DNA from: Octopus vulgaris
Taxonomy: Eukaryota
Assembly (NCBI GenBank): GCA_951406725.2
Contig: OX597836.1
Location: 9,424,001 to 9,488,000, forward strand
DNA: 64,000 nucleotides
Direction: 5' to 3'
Every line of letters starts with the position of its first letter. Position 1 is the stretch's first letter. Made by a program: the position numbers and the translations under genes. Positions 47,920 to 63,223 of the stretch are shown piece by piece. The notes under the pieces were generated by a model. That model had not been told where the DNA came from, did no database searches, and saw only the letters and a list, made by a program, of their open reading frames with translations.

Positions 47920-49795
47920 AAGCTATCAAGTGTATGGGGTCGTCAGGAGAGAATGCGCGCCGTTTCGGGGCCTACCTCATGACAGCATCAATGCGCACCG
48001 GCCCCCCTCACTGATATGAGGCCCCGCTTGCTAGATCAGCTGGTTATGAAGAACTCAATATACTTCTAGCCATCGCTCATCGTCTCTTTTTAGCCAAATC
48101 CAGTGGCTAGCCTTCTCCACTGTAGATTGGATATCAGTCATGATGGTATTGACTTTACGATGAGTTAGGCCTAGCGATAACAACAGTCGTCTCACGCTGT
48201 GTCCAATAAACTCTCTACATCCGACTTCGATAGGAAAAAGTTCAGCTTTCTACCCTGCGTCTTCACATTTCTCGAGGAGGTTTTCATAACGGTTCAATTT
48301 TCGAGCCCGAGCGGCGTCCATATTATCTTCATGAGGAACCGTTAGCTCGACTATATTTACAACTTTCTTTCTTCCACACCACATCAAAATATCTGGTTTT
48401 TTCGAAACTGGGATGGGAAAGAAAACCTGGCACCCAGGTAAATCTGCAGTTACCTCCCAATAGCCGTTCCACTTTTCATTTTTCTCAAGAAGTTTCTTGA
48501 TCTTCTTCTTGAAACGGATCCGCTGATCTGGTCGCACGAAGGTAATGAAATCTCTTGATGGTACTTTCAACGATTTTTCCTCAGTGTTGTTGAGATGAAT
48601 TTGGTTCTTTATAGCATTGAAGATAACCTTAAGGACCAAGTTGTGCCTCCATGTGTATCTGTTCAATGCTAATGAACAGTTGGAAAGAATATGTTTTAGT
48701 GTACCGACCTTTCCACATTTACAGATGTCATTCTCTAAGACGTTCCATCTTACTAGATTCGTAGGTGATGGCAAAACATCATAAGACGAACAAATGAGGA
48801 AACTCAGCCGAGATGTCGTCCACTTCCACATCTCATCCCAACTTATCTTCCTCTCAACAACATGTTCTTCACATCTCGTCATCTGACCTTGATGAACACA
48901 TCGGATCAAATGAAGCTCTCTTCTCTCTGCTTCTCTTGTTTTGACGCTGTTGCTAACAACAGATCTGCGTTCACTCCGCATCATGCTTGCAAACGGTCTG
49001 AACTGATCTGCGCCAAAACCAAGTCCTTTCCAATGGTTCTGCATTGCTCCCACCATATCTCTGTGTATAAGAGAAGACAAGATGTCGTCAGTTTCTGCTT
49101 CTGCTTTCCACTTCCTGGCTGTTTTCACCTCTGGTGGGTTACGCCTGATTTCCATATCCTTCGATTCTCTCAGCATCATGACCGTCCGTATCTTCCCCAG
49201 CTTATATATTTCGACTATTGATGCTATTGGTAGCTGCAACGAACCTCTTTTACGATAAAGAGCTGAGCTGTTCAACATACGAGGTAGACCTAGCCACTTT
49301 CTAATGAACACATTACATTTTTGTTCAATCCTTTCAACTCGTGACAAAGCTATTTCGTATATTAAAAGTGGCCACGCAAGTCGCGGGTACAAGCCGAACT
49401 GCAAGCACCAAATTTTATATTTACCTGGTAACTTCGAAACATCAATCGCTGATAACCCAGCCTCGGCCTGTTTCATAATTTCAATCCCACAACTTCTGTC
49501 TGACAATGTTCCAGTGTATACTCATCCCAAGCTCTTGACGGGCTCTTCCTTGACTGTTGGAACGCTTTCTTCAGATATTTGAAACTTAAATTCTTTCTGC
49601 ACTCCCTTAACAAATGTCAGACTACGCGACTTTTTTGCTCTAAATCGCATCCTTGACCACCTTACAAGTTCGTATAATCTCAAGAGGGCATTCTGCATGA
49701 TTTGTTTATCTGTAGCTAGAAGTGTCATGTCATCCATGAAGGCTTTCTTAGGCGATTGTACATGGGTGAAACCCCTCCAAAAATTTACCATCGAA
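47920..49795 (-). mobile_element. RLE (HERO-like) non-LTR retrotransposon, copy 2
   Basis: ORF 48250-49506 identical to 15350-16606; ORF 49522-49791 carries KAFMDD. Confidence 0.85.
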
Positions 49796-52700
49796 ATATC
49801 ATTTTATTCTCGACAGCTATTTTGAAAGCCCGCCGTATTTTTATTATTATTCTGTCTGTTTAGGACTTTGTTATATGGGACGGTGGATTTTGAAGCATAT
49901 ATGACTGCTATTTCTCGCTGGTTCGGAAGATAAACACCGAACTAGAGCACCTTTAATTAGTCATATAAAAGTAAAACCTGAAGCATTCAGCAATGGTCTG
50001 GAAGCGGTGGGGGTAATTGCTTCCTCTCTGAGAAAAGCAAAAAATTCACCAACCTCCTACGGTACCCAATAAAACTTTGAAACTTGTTTTCTCAGTTTCA
50101 TTGAAGTTGTTCATGGTTAGTTAACTTTCATAAAATATTCTATTTATTTGGCTAATATCAGCAACAAGCGAAAACAAAAATTTTTTAAATTGTAGGAATG
50201 GATCTTTGCCTTTTGCATTCCTTCTGAGACAAAAGGCAAGAGCTGTGCCTTCAAAACTGGTAAGATTGACGTAGTTGATCTTGAATAAAATGTGTGGATG
50301 GCTGCAGAGGAAATAACATGGACAAGGGAATTTCAGAAGGCTGACAATCTGGTAAGAAAGAATTTAATGCTTAGTTTGCAGGTGAATTACACGCTACGTG
50401 ATCTTCGAGCCTTTTGTCGCCAGATGCTGTAACATAGTTTGTATCCAATATAGTAGTACCACCACTATTGCGATTATGGCCTAAAATATGTGGTACCAGT
50501 GTGATAAAATAAGATAATGCAGCAGCAATAACAATGTAACTATCTCTCAAGAACCAACAAATATTCCAAATGAACAAACCAACCCACACTCTCGAACTTC
50601 ATTATGAAATAACACAAACTATATACACTCTCTCGGTTCAGTCCATTCCTCACAAGAGGGTACCTTGACTCTCATCACAACACTGAGAGTGTAAGAGGTG
50701 ACTTAAGGTTACTAACTTTGTTCTGCCGACAAATTTCCATTTATTTATTCTTAAGCTTCTCTTACTACTGGAAACCACCTCTGCCTGGTACTGGCATTTA
50801 TGTGAACAATGTAGTCAATTGACAAGTATCAAATGCCACAATACATAAATTCCTTATTTATTAAAATTATTTTCAATTGTAGAAGTATCATAATTACTAA
50901 ATGATAATCGATTAGCATATTCAGGGCCATTTAGTCACCTACCAATCTGGTAGACACACTAGTCAAATTGACTACATCCTCACTAGGAAACAGGAAAGAC
51001 GACTACTTGTAAATGCCCAAACCTTCCCAGGTGAAGAATGTACCCCACAACATAGATTAGCAGTTAGCGACTTCAGGATCAGGGCTAAATGGATGCCCAG
51101 AAGACGTCCAGAATGGAGGAGAAGGGTCTGGAAGCTTAAGGATCCTGCAAAAAGAGATTGAGAGACATTACTCAAAGCTGTGGAAACAACTGGAGGTTTC
51201 TACAGGACAACCTTTTGGGGGCTAGAGACCAGATCTGTGGATGGTGCAAAGTCTCCTCTCAACCTAAGGTAACGTGGTGGTGGAACAATGTTGTTGACAG
51301 GGCTAGTAAGGAAAAGAAACAGGCTTTGAAGGACTGGAAGACCGGTGATAGCAGGGAATTGTATCAGACTGCCGAAAAGGAAGCTAGGAGGCAGGTTTAT
51401 TTGGCCCAAGGGGAAGCAGATAAGGAAAAATTTGCCAATGTTCTGCGCCATGATGACCAAAGACTTGAAGTATTTTCCTGTTGCCAGACAGCATGTGAGA
51501 GAGAATCGCGATGTCCTAGGAGAGAAATGTGTCCTCATGGGTGACGGTTCATTTGCTTTAAGCGAAGCTGCAAAGAGACAGGTTTGGAGATGCCATTGTG
51601 AAAGTTTGCGAAATAAAGTGAATGAATGTGAGAAAGAGAGTCTGCCGAATGCCGGCCCAACAGAGGGAACAGCTATCTATCTAAATTGACAGTGCCTTGG
51701 TAGGTAAAGCAATTAAGGGTATGAAGACAGGGAAAGCCCCCAGACAATCAGGAATCATCACAGAGATGCTCAAAATATCTGGCGGTGTCGGCTATAGCCT
51801 AGTCAACCAGGTGATACATGAAGGAGTCATACCCAATGACTGGTGTAGCAGCACCATAGTCAACTGCTAACAAAGATAAAGGTGACGCATTAGATACAAA
51901 TAATTACAGAGGTATCAAGTTGTTGGATCAGGTAATGAAGGTCACGGAGAGGGTCATAGCCCAAGTAATTAAGGAGAGAGGCAGTCTAGATGAGATGCAG
52001 TTTCGGTTCGTGCCAGGGGAAAGTACCACTGATGCTATATTTCTGATAAGACAGATGCAGGAGAAATAGCTAGTCCAAGATAAAACTCTGTACCTGGCTT
52101 TCATTGACAGGGTCCCCCGATCCCCTATCTGGTGGTCAATGAGGAGACTAGGGATGGATGAATGCTTATTGAGAGCTGTACAAGCCATGTACAGTTAGGT
52201 GACGGTTGGCAACGAGTACAGTGAAGAATATCGGGTAGGGGTAAGGGTCAACCTAAGATCAGTCCTCAGCCCCCTCTTATTCATTATAGTCCTCCAGGCA
52301 ATAACAGAGGAATTCAAGACAGGCTGCTCCTCGATGCTGATGACCTTGCACTAGTAGCAGAGTCACTGCCGGAACTGGAGCCAAAGGTTAGGGCGTGGAA
52401 GCAAAGTCTAGAATTGAATGGCCTTAGGGTTAACCTAGCCAAAACCAAAGTTTTAGTTAGTGTGCAGGCTGTCAAATCACAAACTCCTCTGTAGAAAAGG
52501 CATTGGTAGAAACTCCATAAGATGCACCCGGTGTAAGCTATGGACACATAAAAGGTGCAGCAATATCAAAGGAAGGTTAACTGGGAAAATTATTTTCCCT
52601 TTCATTTTTATTTACTTTTTTAAACACCCTAAACTGAAAGATTACCTTAACGCCTCTCCCTAAACACAATAAAATTATCGCCTATATATCTTTTACTTGT

Positions 52701-53444
52701 TTTAGCTTATGGACTGCAATCATATTTGGGGCATCGCCTCCCAATATTTATCGCTTAAAGGCCTGACGCTTGTCCTATCGGCCGTTTGTGTCGAACCTCT
52801 AAGTTACGGGGGTGTAAACAAACCAACTCGGTTGTCAAGCGGTGGTGGGCTGACAAACACAAATACACATTTATATCACCTTCACCAACCAGTCTATCGG
52901 GCGTCCATTTCACACCGCTGTCCTCTCTTCTCTGGAACCCGCCTTCCTCAAGAACACATTGGTACTACTAGCTAGTCGTGACTAGTCGATCCTACAACGA
53001 CTACCTAGCAAAGTAAATAAAACACGAAATAAATAATTTGTTTACTTTTGTTAAAGTAAATAAAACACAAAATAAATAATTTTTAAAACAAAGTAAATAA
53101 CACACAAAAACACAAAGTAAGGATCGACTAGTCATGACTAGCTAGTGCCGATGCGCGAGTACGCGAGTGCGCGCACCGGAACCACTGTTCTCAAGTAGTA
53201 CGGGACACATTTATATACATAGAATAAATACCAGACTTTAGAATATAAGTGCCGTAGTCGATTTAATCAATTGAATCATTGAAAATGGTGACTCCAGCAT
53301 GGTCGTACTTGCAACAAGTAAAAGCTAAGAGGATATCAAAATGATTCCCCTTGCAATGCAAAGTCACCTCCCTTACATTATATTCCTTCTTTTCTTCTCA
53401 TGGATTCCGGCAAAATTTTTTGAGTTGCCTTGAAAATAATCAGT

Positions 53445-54370
53445 TACCGTAAATCCTCGAGTATAGTCCGCCCTTGAGTATAATATGCAGGGGATTTTTA
53501 GGGGGCTGTACCTCTGAAAAACCTAAACCTTGTGTATAATACGCGCCCCTTCTCTAACTTGAGTCAAGGAGGTCTATATAACGTCCTTGATTTGTAAAAC
53601 TGTATACGGTAACGTCCTTAATTATTATTGTATATGTAACATAATGCAAACGTGTAGCTTTTTTATGCATTTTGTTTGCAGAAAATAAAGAAATAACAGT
53701 AATAAAGTTTAATAAATGTTGCTTACTGTAAGTTATGGATGATTCTTTTATGACTTCATTGCTTTCAGGCTTAGCTTAAGGTATTTTCGCGCCCAACATC
53801 ACAAAATGCATCTGAATAAACATTGCCGGACAGCAAATAGAGACTCAGACATTGCTTAGAAAATAATTTTCATTTTTAACCTCGTATATAGTACGCACTA
53901 GGGATTTTGGCCTTTAAATTTTGGGGAAAAAAATGCGGATTATAGGCGCAGGAGTGGCTGTGTGGTAAGTAGCTTGTTTACCAGCCATATGGTTCCGGGT
54001 TCAGTCCCACTGCGTGGCACCTTGGGCAAGTGTCTTCTACTATAGCCTCGGGCTGACCAAAGCCTTTTCAGTGGATTTGGTAGACGGAAACTGAAAGAAG
54101 CCCGTCTTATATATGTATATATATATATATATATGCATGTGTGTCTGTGTTTGCCCCCCTAGCACTGCTTGACAACCGATGCTGGTGTGTTTGCGTCCCC
54201 GTCACTTAGCGGTTCGGCAAAAGCGACCGATAGAATAAGTACTGGGCTTACAAAAGAATAAGTCCCGGGGTCGAGTTGCTCGATTAAAGGCGGTGCTCCA
54301 GCGTGGCTGCAATCAAAAGACTGAAACAAGTAAAAGAGTAAAAGAGTATTATACACGAGGATTTACGGTA
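53445..54370. mobile_element. TIR element containing intact SINE (53945-54346); empty site for the 9-kb insertion at ~54108-54134
   Basis: Same TIRs and SINE as 20541-30492, with only (TA)n between the SINE halves. Confidence 0.9.
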
Positions 54371-55216
54371 GTTAATTGAAATGTAATAGAAATGAGCTTC
54401 TGGATATGAAACCGATTCAGCAATATAGTTAAAAGTTTCTTGGAAGGTCACTCTAGAATTTGTTTGCAAAATGTGTCTTTGAGTTTGACCTTTTGTTTCA
54501 GTAAACTATTTTTTTTTTCAGTCAACCTCCAGGTTTTGACCTGAGTAACAGCAACAGAGGAAAAAAAAATGAAAATAAAATAGTGTAATTGGTGTAAAAC
54601 ATATAGTAAATGAATATGAAAAACAAAATGCGTGCTGGCGAACTCGGAAAATTCATATGATCAAACTCACAGGATCTGAAAAATCAAGGTTAACCCGGTC
54701 ACAAAAATGAAAAAATGAAAAAATTAAAAAATAGTGCAGTCAGCGTAAAACAACATGTAGTAAAGAAATATGGAAAATAATAATAATAATGCGCGCTGGT
54801 GAACGGAGGTGAAGGGAGAGGACCAGGATGATTCACACTATCCGATTTTTTCCCCTCAAGAAAATGGATATTCTTTCCAACCACATGGCTGTGTAGTAAG
54901 TAGCCTGTTTACCAACCACATGGTTCCGGGTTCAGTCCCACTGCGTGGTACCTTGGGCAAGTGTCTTCTACTATACAGCCTCGGGCTGACCAAAGCCTTG
55001 TGAGTGAATTTCGTAGATGGATTTGGTGTATGTGTGTGTGTGTGTGTTTGTCCCCCAACTGTCGCTTGACAACCGATGTTGGTGTGTTTATGTCTCCGTA
55101 ACTTAGCGATTCGGCAAAAAAAACCCCGATAGAGTCATAATATCATTATTTGGCATATTGTAAAACAATGTTCTGGTCAGCAAACTCCTCAAGCCTGTTA
55201 CAGCTGCTTTCTGTAC

Positions 55217-58200
55217 AGCAGAGAACTGTACCAGGTAGCCAAAAGGGAGGCTGGGTGGCAGATATACATAGCCAAGGGTGAAGCCGAAACGAAGAAGTTT
55301 GCCAATGTCCAGCGACGTGAGGACCAACGAACTGAGGTATTTCGGATTGCAAGACAATGTGCGAGAGAAAATAGTGATGTCACAGGAGAGAAATGCGTCC
55401 GCATGGATGATGGTGCACTTGCTTTCAATGTTTCTGAAAAGAAAAAGGCTTGGAGAAGCCATTATGAGAGACTGCTGAATGTGGAGAATGAATGGGAGGA
55501 GGAGAGCCTGCCAAATGTTGACCCAGTAGAGGGACCAGATATCCGAATAGACAGCTCCCTAGTAGTTAAGGCAATTAAGGGTATGAAGTATGAAACCAGG
55601 AAAAGCCCCTGGCCCATCAGGAATCACTGCTGAGATGCTTAAAACATATGGTTGTGTGGGCTATGGCCTAGTCACCCGCATTGTAAACCAGGTATTTCAT
55701 AATGGAGTCATACCCAATGATTGGCGTAGCAGCACCATAGTCAATTGCTACAAGGGTAAAGGTGATGCTCTAGATAGAAATAACTACAGGGGTATTAAAC
55801 TGTTGGATCAGGTGATGAAGGTCACAGAGAGGGTCATATGAGATGCAGTTCAGTTTTGTGCCAGGTAGATGCACCACCGATTCCATATTCCTGGTTCGAC
55901 AACTGCAGGAGAAGTACCTAGCTAAAGATAAACCCCTCTACATAGCTTTCGTGGACTTGGAGAAAGCCTTTGACAGGATCCCCCAATCCCTCATCTGGTG
56001 GGCAATGCGGAAACTGGAGATTGGCGAATGGTTAATAAGGGCTGTACAGGCCCTATACAGAGAGGCTGTCAGCAAGGTTAGGATTGGCAATGAGTATAGT
56101 GAAGAATTCCGGGTAGAAGTAGGGGTCCACCAAGGTTCAGCCCTCAGTCCCCTTTTATTCATCACAGTCCTCCAAGCAATAACAGAGGAATTCAAAACAG
56201 GTTGCCCCTGGGAGCTCCTCTATGCTGATGACCTGGCCTTCATAGCAGAATCACTACCGGAACTAGAAAAGAAATTTCGGCTGTGGAAGCAAGGTTTAGA
56301 ATCAAAGAGCGTTAGAGTAAATGTAGCAAAGACCAAAGTTATAGTAAGCAGAAAGGTGAACTCATCACACACCCGCACGGGCAGGTGGCCCTGCTCGATC
56401 TGTAGGAAAGGTGTAGGTAGAAACTTCATAAGATGTACCCAGTGTAAGCTATGGACGCATAAGAGGTTCAGCAACATCAAAGGAAAATTAACTGATAAGA
56501 TAGCTTTCATGTGGGCAGATGCACAGGGGTAATAGACACCACAGATACTCAGAAAACAGATTCCATCACACTCCAGGGGGAGAAACTAGGAGTAGTTGAT
56601 AGTTTCCGATACCTAGGTGACCAAGTTAGTAGTGGAGGTGGATGCTCAGGGTGTCACCACTAGAATACGAATAGCCTGGGCAAAATTCAGAAAGCTCCTA
56701 CCCCTACTGGCGACAAAGGGTCTCTTGCTCAAAGTGAAAGGTAGATTGTATGACGCATGTGTGCGAACTGCCATGCTTCACGGTAGTGAAACATGGGCTG
56801 TGACTGCAGAGGACATGCGTAGACTTGAAAGAAATAAAGCTAGCATGATCCGCTGGATGTGTAATGTCAGTGTGCATGCACGACAAAGTGTAAGCGCCCT
56901 GAGAGAAATGCTGGACATAAGAAGCATCAGATGTGGTGTGCAAGAGCGACGCTTGCGATGGTATGGTCATGTTCTGCGGATGGATGAAGAGAGATGTGTG
57001 AAGTAGTGCCACTCCCAAACAGTTGATGGTATCAGGGGGAGAGGTAGACCCAGGAAGACATGGGATGAGGTAGTCAAGCATGACCTCCGAGCGTTGGGCC
57101 TCACAGAGGCAATGATGAAGGACCGAGATCTCTGGAGATATGCTGTGACTGCAAAGACCCGGGCTGCTTTCTGCACCAGTTTCGCATAGCCCCTGCCCAT
57201 TCAAAGTACCTTGGATTGCAGAACGACCTGCTGTGCTTACCTTGGATCGTAGAGTGACCTGCTGTGCTCGAGGAGACCTATTGAGTCAAGTACATCAACA
57301 TCGAAATAAATATCAAATGGAAATTGTAGTTACGATATCTGTCCTGGTGGCACATAAAAAGCACCATCCGAACGTGGCCAATGCCAGCGCTGCCTTGACT
57401 GGCTTCTGTGCCGGTGGCACATGACCTGCTGTGCTTGAGGAGACCTATTGAGTTAAGTACATCAAGATCGAAATAAATATCAATGGAAATAGTAGTTGTG
57501 ATACCTTTGCCGGTGGCACGTAAAAAGCACCATCCAAACGTGGCTGATGCCAGCTCCGCCTTGACTGGCTTCTGTGCCGGTGACACGTAAAAAGCACCAA
57601 CTGATCGTGGACGCTGCCAGCCTCCCCTGGCACCTGTGCCAGTGGCACGTAAAAAGTACTCACTACACTCACAGATTGGTTGGCGTTAGGAAGAGCATTG
57701 AGCTGTAGAAACACTTCCAGATCAGATTGGAGCCTGGTGCAGCCTCCTGGCTTCCCAGACTCCGGTCGAACCGTCCAACCCGTGCTAGCACGGACAACGA
57801 ACATTAAACGATGATGATGAATATATATATATATATATCCACACACATACAGGGTGTCCTAAAAGTCACTGATGGGTTTTAATTTTTAATAACTTCCTTA
57901 ACTTTATAAACAAATGCATGAAATTTTGATACAATATAAAGGACATAAGGGAAATTAATCTGCACAAGTCAAATTTTGCAACACCACTACATCGCATATG
58001 AAACATGACATTGTTTAAATGTCAACCACTTTCAGCTTCACATGCCCATGCACTTTCCAAAACTTGCACCGTAACACCCTCAAGAGTTTCAGACACCACT
58101 TTTCTGATTTCTCTATTGATGTTCTTCTTCAGTTGCACCAGGGTCTCCTGTTTGTTGACATAAACCCTCTCTTTCAGGTATCTATGGTTGAGACCTCTTG

Positions 58201-61200
58201 CACCTGACTATTCAAAGTAGACCTCACATATGGTTCCAGCAAGATGCGGCAACTGCTCATGCCACAAGAGAAACAATGCTGTTGCTATGGCAGTGATTGG
58301 AGAGAGAATATTTTTACACAACAGCAATAACAATTGGCATTCACATGCTCCAGAATTGACTAGCCTGGATTTTTTCTTGTGGGGATATCTGAAAGAGAGG
58401 GTTTATGTCAACAAACCAGAGACTCTGGTGCAACTGAAGGAGAACATCAATAGAGAAATCAGAGAAGTGGGGTCTGAAACTCTTGAAGGTGTTATGGTGC
58501 AAGTTTTGGAAAGAGCATGGGCGGACAAAGCTGAAAATAGCTGCCATGAAAGCTATTTTCCCTGTTAACCTTCCTCTGATATTGCTGCACCTCTTATGCG
58601 TCCAAAGCTTATACTTGGTATATCTTACAGAGTTTCTGTCTATGCTTTATCTAAAAACCGAGTTGGGCCTTCTACCTGAAGGGATTTGTAATTTATCTGC
58701 CTTCCTACATAGTAAAACTTTGGTTTTTGCTAGGTTAACTCTAAAGCCCTTCAATTCTAAACTTTACTTCCACACCTGAAACTTCTCTAGTTCTGGTAGT
58801 GATTCAACTATAAGAACAAAGTTATCAACATAGAGGAGCTACCAGAGGCTGTCTTGAATTCCTCTGTTATTGTCTGGAGGACTATGATGAACAAGAGAGA
58901 TTTGAGGACTGATCCTTGGTGAACCCCTACTTGTACCCTGAATTCTTCACAGTACTCATTGCCAACCCTCACCTTATTGACAGTGTTAGAATACGACCGT
59001 ACGTGAGGAATTTGGTGACATATTTCTCCTCTTGTACAGCGCATGGCCGCATCCCAACATAATATATTTTATAAGCCATATGTCATGTTTATATATAGTG
59101 CCAAAGTAAATGAATAAAGGACGCCAAAAACTGTTCTACTTTTATAAAGAGAAGATAGATTTTATTCACAGTGTACAAAGTGATTTGTGATTTTTAGTGT
59201 AGTGTTGTGTAATGAATGCATGCTTATAATATTTGTGTCTGTGTGTTCGTGTGTGCGACAGAAGTACAGAATAGGGTGCATGCAAATACAACAAAGCATA
59301 AGAGAAGTCTCAACAATTTGTGTTAAAATGGAGTTATTTTAGAGTTATTTTACCAGTTCATGTAGTACACAATAATGAGTTCTATAACAAGATTTGAGTC
59401 TCGGAGCGGAGATTAGTTGAATCACTTGTTGTGCATATTTTTCTCTTGATATAGATATTCTTTCAGATATATATACTGCAACTGTTTTTCCGTGGTGAGA
59501 TTTTCACACTAACAGCATGAGTTGAATCTGTATTTATCTTGTTGTGTACAAGTTGAAGTCTTCGTAGATGGAGATGATGTTGGTGATGACGTTCTGTCTG
59601 TCGCTGGTTTACAATAGTGTCTCCATAGTATGGTTGGCTTGCCTTTCGAACTGGAACATGGTTGAGTAAGCTCTGTGTGGTCTCCGACCAAGACCTTAAA
59701 AGGTCTTAAGCCGAAAGACGTTGAATCATTAAATAATCAGCCTATTTATGGAATTATGGTGGCTGAAATGAAAGGTCCTATCCGATAGCCGTGACTGGTC
59801 AGTTTACACACTGGCGCGAAATAAGTAGAGAGACAGACCGCGCTTAGATGCTAACCAATCAGATCAGGGGACACAACAAGGTTAAACTAGTCAAAGATGT
59901 TTGTAATCTCAAACGAGATCATTCCTAATGTTTTTCTCAAACAGTGAAGATAGCAATATTGCTACAACATTATCCCTGTACATGGATCATACAGCTCTCA
60001 CCAACCACTCGTCTATTCCTAGTTTCCACATTGGCCACCAGATAAGGGATCGGCTTTGACCCTCTCTGTGACTTTCATCACCTGATCCAACAATTTGATA
60101 CTTCCGTAATTATTTCTATTTAAGGCATCGCCTGTACTTTTGTAGCAGTTGACTATGATGACGTTACACCAGTCACTGGGTGTGGCACCTCCATGTACCG
60201 CCTTTTCTATTATACAGTGGCAACACACAAACACACACAAAGCCCATACATACTAAAGCAAAAGAAGGCCAACAGTTAAAAGCAAATCCACTCAAGTGTT
60301 TCAGATTAAAAGTTACCAGTCAACTATACTTTTAAGATAACAAAAGAACCTGTCTGTTAACCTGTTTCACAGTAGTTTGGAAGGAAAGAGACGCAATACA
60401 GCGAGTTATTAAGTAAGAAACTTTCATTATGAAGAATTGCCAAGGAAATAGTTTTTACTCAGTAAGTAAATATATTGTTGATTTTTCCACATGCAAGACA
60501 CACACACACACACACACACACACACATTCTTTTATTTGTTTCAGTCATTTGACTGCGGCCATGCTGGAACACTGCCTTTAGTCAAACAAATCGACCCCAA
60601 GATATACTTTTTTTTAAACTTAGTACTTATTTATCAGTTTCTGTTTGCTGAACTGCTACGTTATGGGGATGTAAACAGATCCACATCAGTTGTCAAGCAA
60701 TGGCGGGGGTACAAACACACACAAACATATATATACATTATCTCTCCATATAAATAACTAGCTTAAGGTGACCCGCTCTACGCGCGGGTGTGGTTGTTAC
60801 TTTCTGTTGCTTTCTTTTCTAAATTTGAATCCCCTTCCAGCTCCATTTAGACTCGTTTTTACATAAAAATCCAATTTGTGTATACGTTCGCCTTCTTCAT
60901 TTTATAGATAAGATTAGATGCCAATTGCGCCAATCTGGAGGGGCTTAGCGCCCCCTTAAATCTTCTCACCATAGTAACCGCATCTTTCCAGATGGGGAGT
61001 TTTAACCTACTCAACTCTTTGCCTCATCACACCTTCTATGCCTGTGTCAATTTTCAGCTCGATCTGACCACTGCTGTGGCCGCCAACCTCTGACGTAGCG
61101 AAACATGCATGCAATTTTGACCCAAAGCCTCTCTTATATATATAGATAGCAGAGAAACCCGGTCTTGCTCGGGATTAAAATAGTTTATCAACGTTGTATT

Positions 61201-63157
61201 TGTTTCGGTATTATAACTTGATTTCATTCGGATCTACATGGGCCACACTTTAAAGATGAGGAATTTTGCCATAGAGGCCACACCTTTCAATTGAGCAAAC
61301 TCAATTATATATATGCATTAAATATATATATGTACATATATATGCATTATACATATATGTGTGTGTGTGTGTAAGTGTGTGTGTGTGTAAGTGTGTGTGT
61401 GTGTAAGTGTGTGTGTGTGTGTGTGTGTGTATACGCATTATATATACAATTGAATACAAATTAGATATAAATATATATATATAAGTACAGATATATACAC
61501 TTTGTATATATACATTATGTATACATATTTATATATAGATACAGACAGCTACCCCAATCATCAGGCCCTTATATAATTTTATTAACATTCAATACAATAA
61601 ACTATATTTAATTTTTTAAAACCCTTAAGTATGTGTAAAATAGGTATGTGTAAATTAGTTTCACTGGACTCTACATTTACACCGTTTATTCCTTTGGAAT
61701 AAAACCAATGTTGTCTTCGAAACATATGTCGAAAGTAAAAGAATTTGAATAGCATCTGCGTTCAACTCAATTTATTTACTAATACTACACAAATTACTGC
61801 ACATTAACCCGGAGATTCTACCTTTGAATACGTCACTACATCCTTCTTACTTGCGTGAATTTTGGTACCCTGGTAACTGTTTATTGAATTTTCCATGTCA
61901 TCGGTAAACAAAGGATAATTCATACATCCATTTACAGATATATATATATATATATATAGTGTGTGTGTGTGTGTGCACGCACGCGCATGTGTGTATGTGT
62001 GTGTGTATTGTGGAAAGTTTCTGACCTACCTCATATCACTCTTAGTGTACTGTGACACAACTATTAAGTTGACAATTTTCAGGTCGTTAGCATATCAAGT
62101 TGGGAAATACTTGTTGCCATGATTAAGAGCATTTCAGGTTTTTGAAAGCAGTGAAATGTCCCACCTGAAAATATTAATGTTTTGTGTATATACTTTCTCC
62201 CACCCTGCTTTGTTACATTATATATCCAACACACAAGGACATACAAATATATAAACAGTTGTATATAGATATAAATACCTAATTTAAACATACCTATTTT
62301 ACACATACTTAAGGGTTTAAAAAAATTAAAATATAGTTTATTGTATTGAATGTTGATAAAATCATATAAGGGCCTGATGATTGGGGTGGCATCTTGAGAG
62401 GGGTTCCAGGTTTATCTCGCCAAATAAAAAGAATTTTTATTTTTATTTTAAATACCTACTGTTTTATTACTTGGCAACACGTGTTTCATGAGGTACATCC
62501 TCGGGTTCCTAAACTGCTCCATGTTTCCCTGGAACCCCTCTCAAGATGCCACCCCAATCATCAGGCCCTTATATAGTTTTATCAACATTCAATACAATAA
62601 ACTATATTTTAATTTTTTTAAACCCTTAAGTATGTGTAAAATAGGTATGTTTAAATTAGTTTCACTGGACTCTACAGTACAAGCAATAATTCAGATAAAA
62701 ATTCAAAGAAAGATAAAAAGTTACAGAAATAAAAGTTACATGAATAAAGTAAGGAATAAAAAAAAAAAATATAGGAAAATTTACAAAAACTATGTTATTA
62801 ATATATAGTGTTCCAAATAAAATTAAATTTAGAAACACTATGTTAATAATATATAGTGTTCCAAATAAAATTAAATTTAGAAACACTATGTTAATAATAT
62901 ATAGTGTTCCAAATAAAATTAAATTTACAAATACTATGTTAATAATATATAGTGTTCCAAATAAAATTAAATTTACAAAAACTATGTTAATAATATATAG
63001 TGTTCCAAATAAAATTAAATTTACAAAAACTATGTTAATAATATATAAAAAATGTGAATTATATAAAACAGAATAACGTAAGCTTTTACATTTTACTTTT
63101 GACAAACTTTTTCTAAAAAAGTCGAACCTTTTAAAATTGCATTTTCAAATTTTCTTT

Positions 63158-63223
<66 letters not shown>

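Larger units (their letters stand above)
31341..55216 (+). repeat. Complete ~23.9-kb tandem segmental duplication unit (unit 2)
   Basis: Constant offsets: 8406/41294, 15350/48250, 19805/52709 (~32.9 kb, includes 9-kb insert); 30281/54159, 31227/55103, 36143/60019 (~23.9 kb). Confidence 0.95.
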
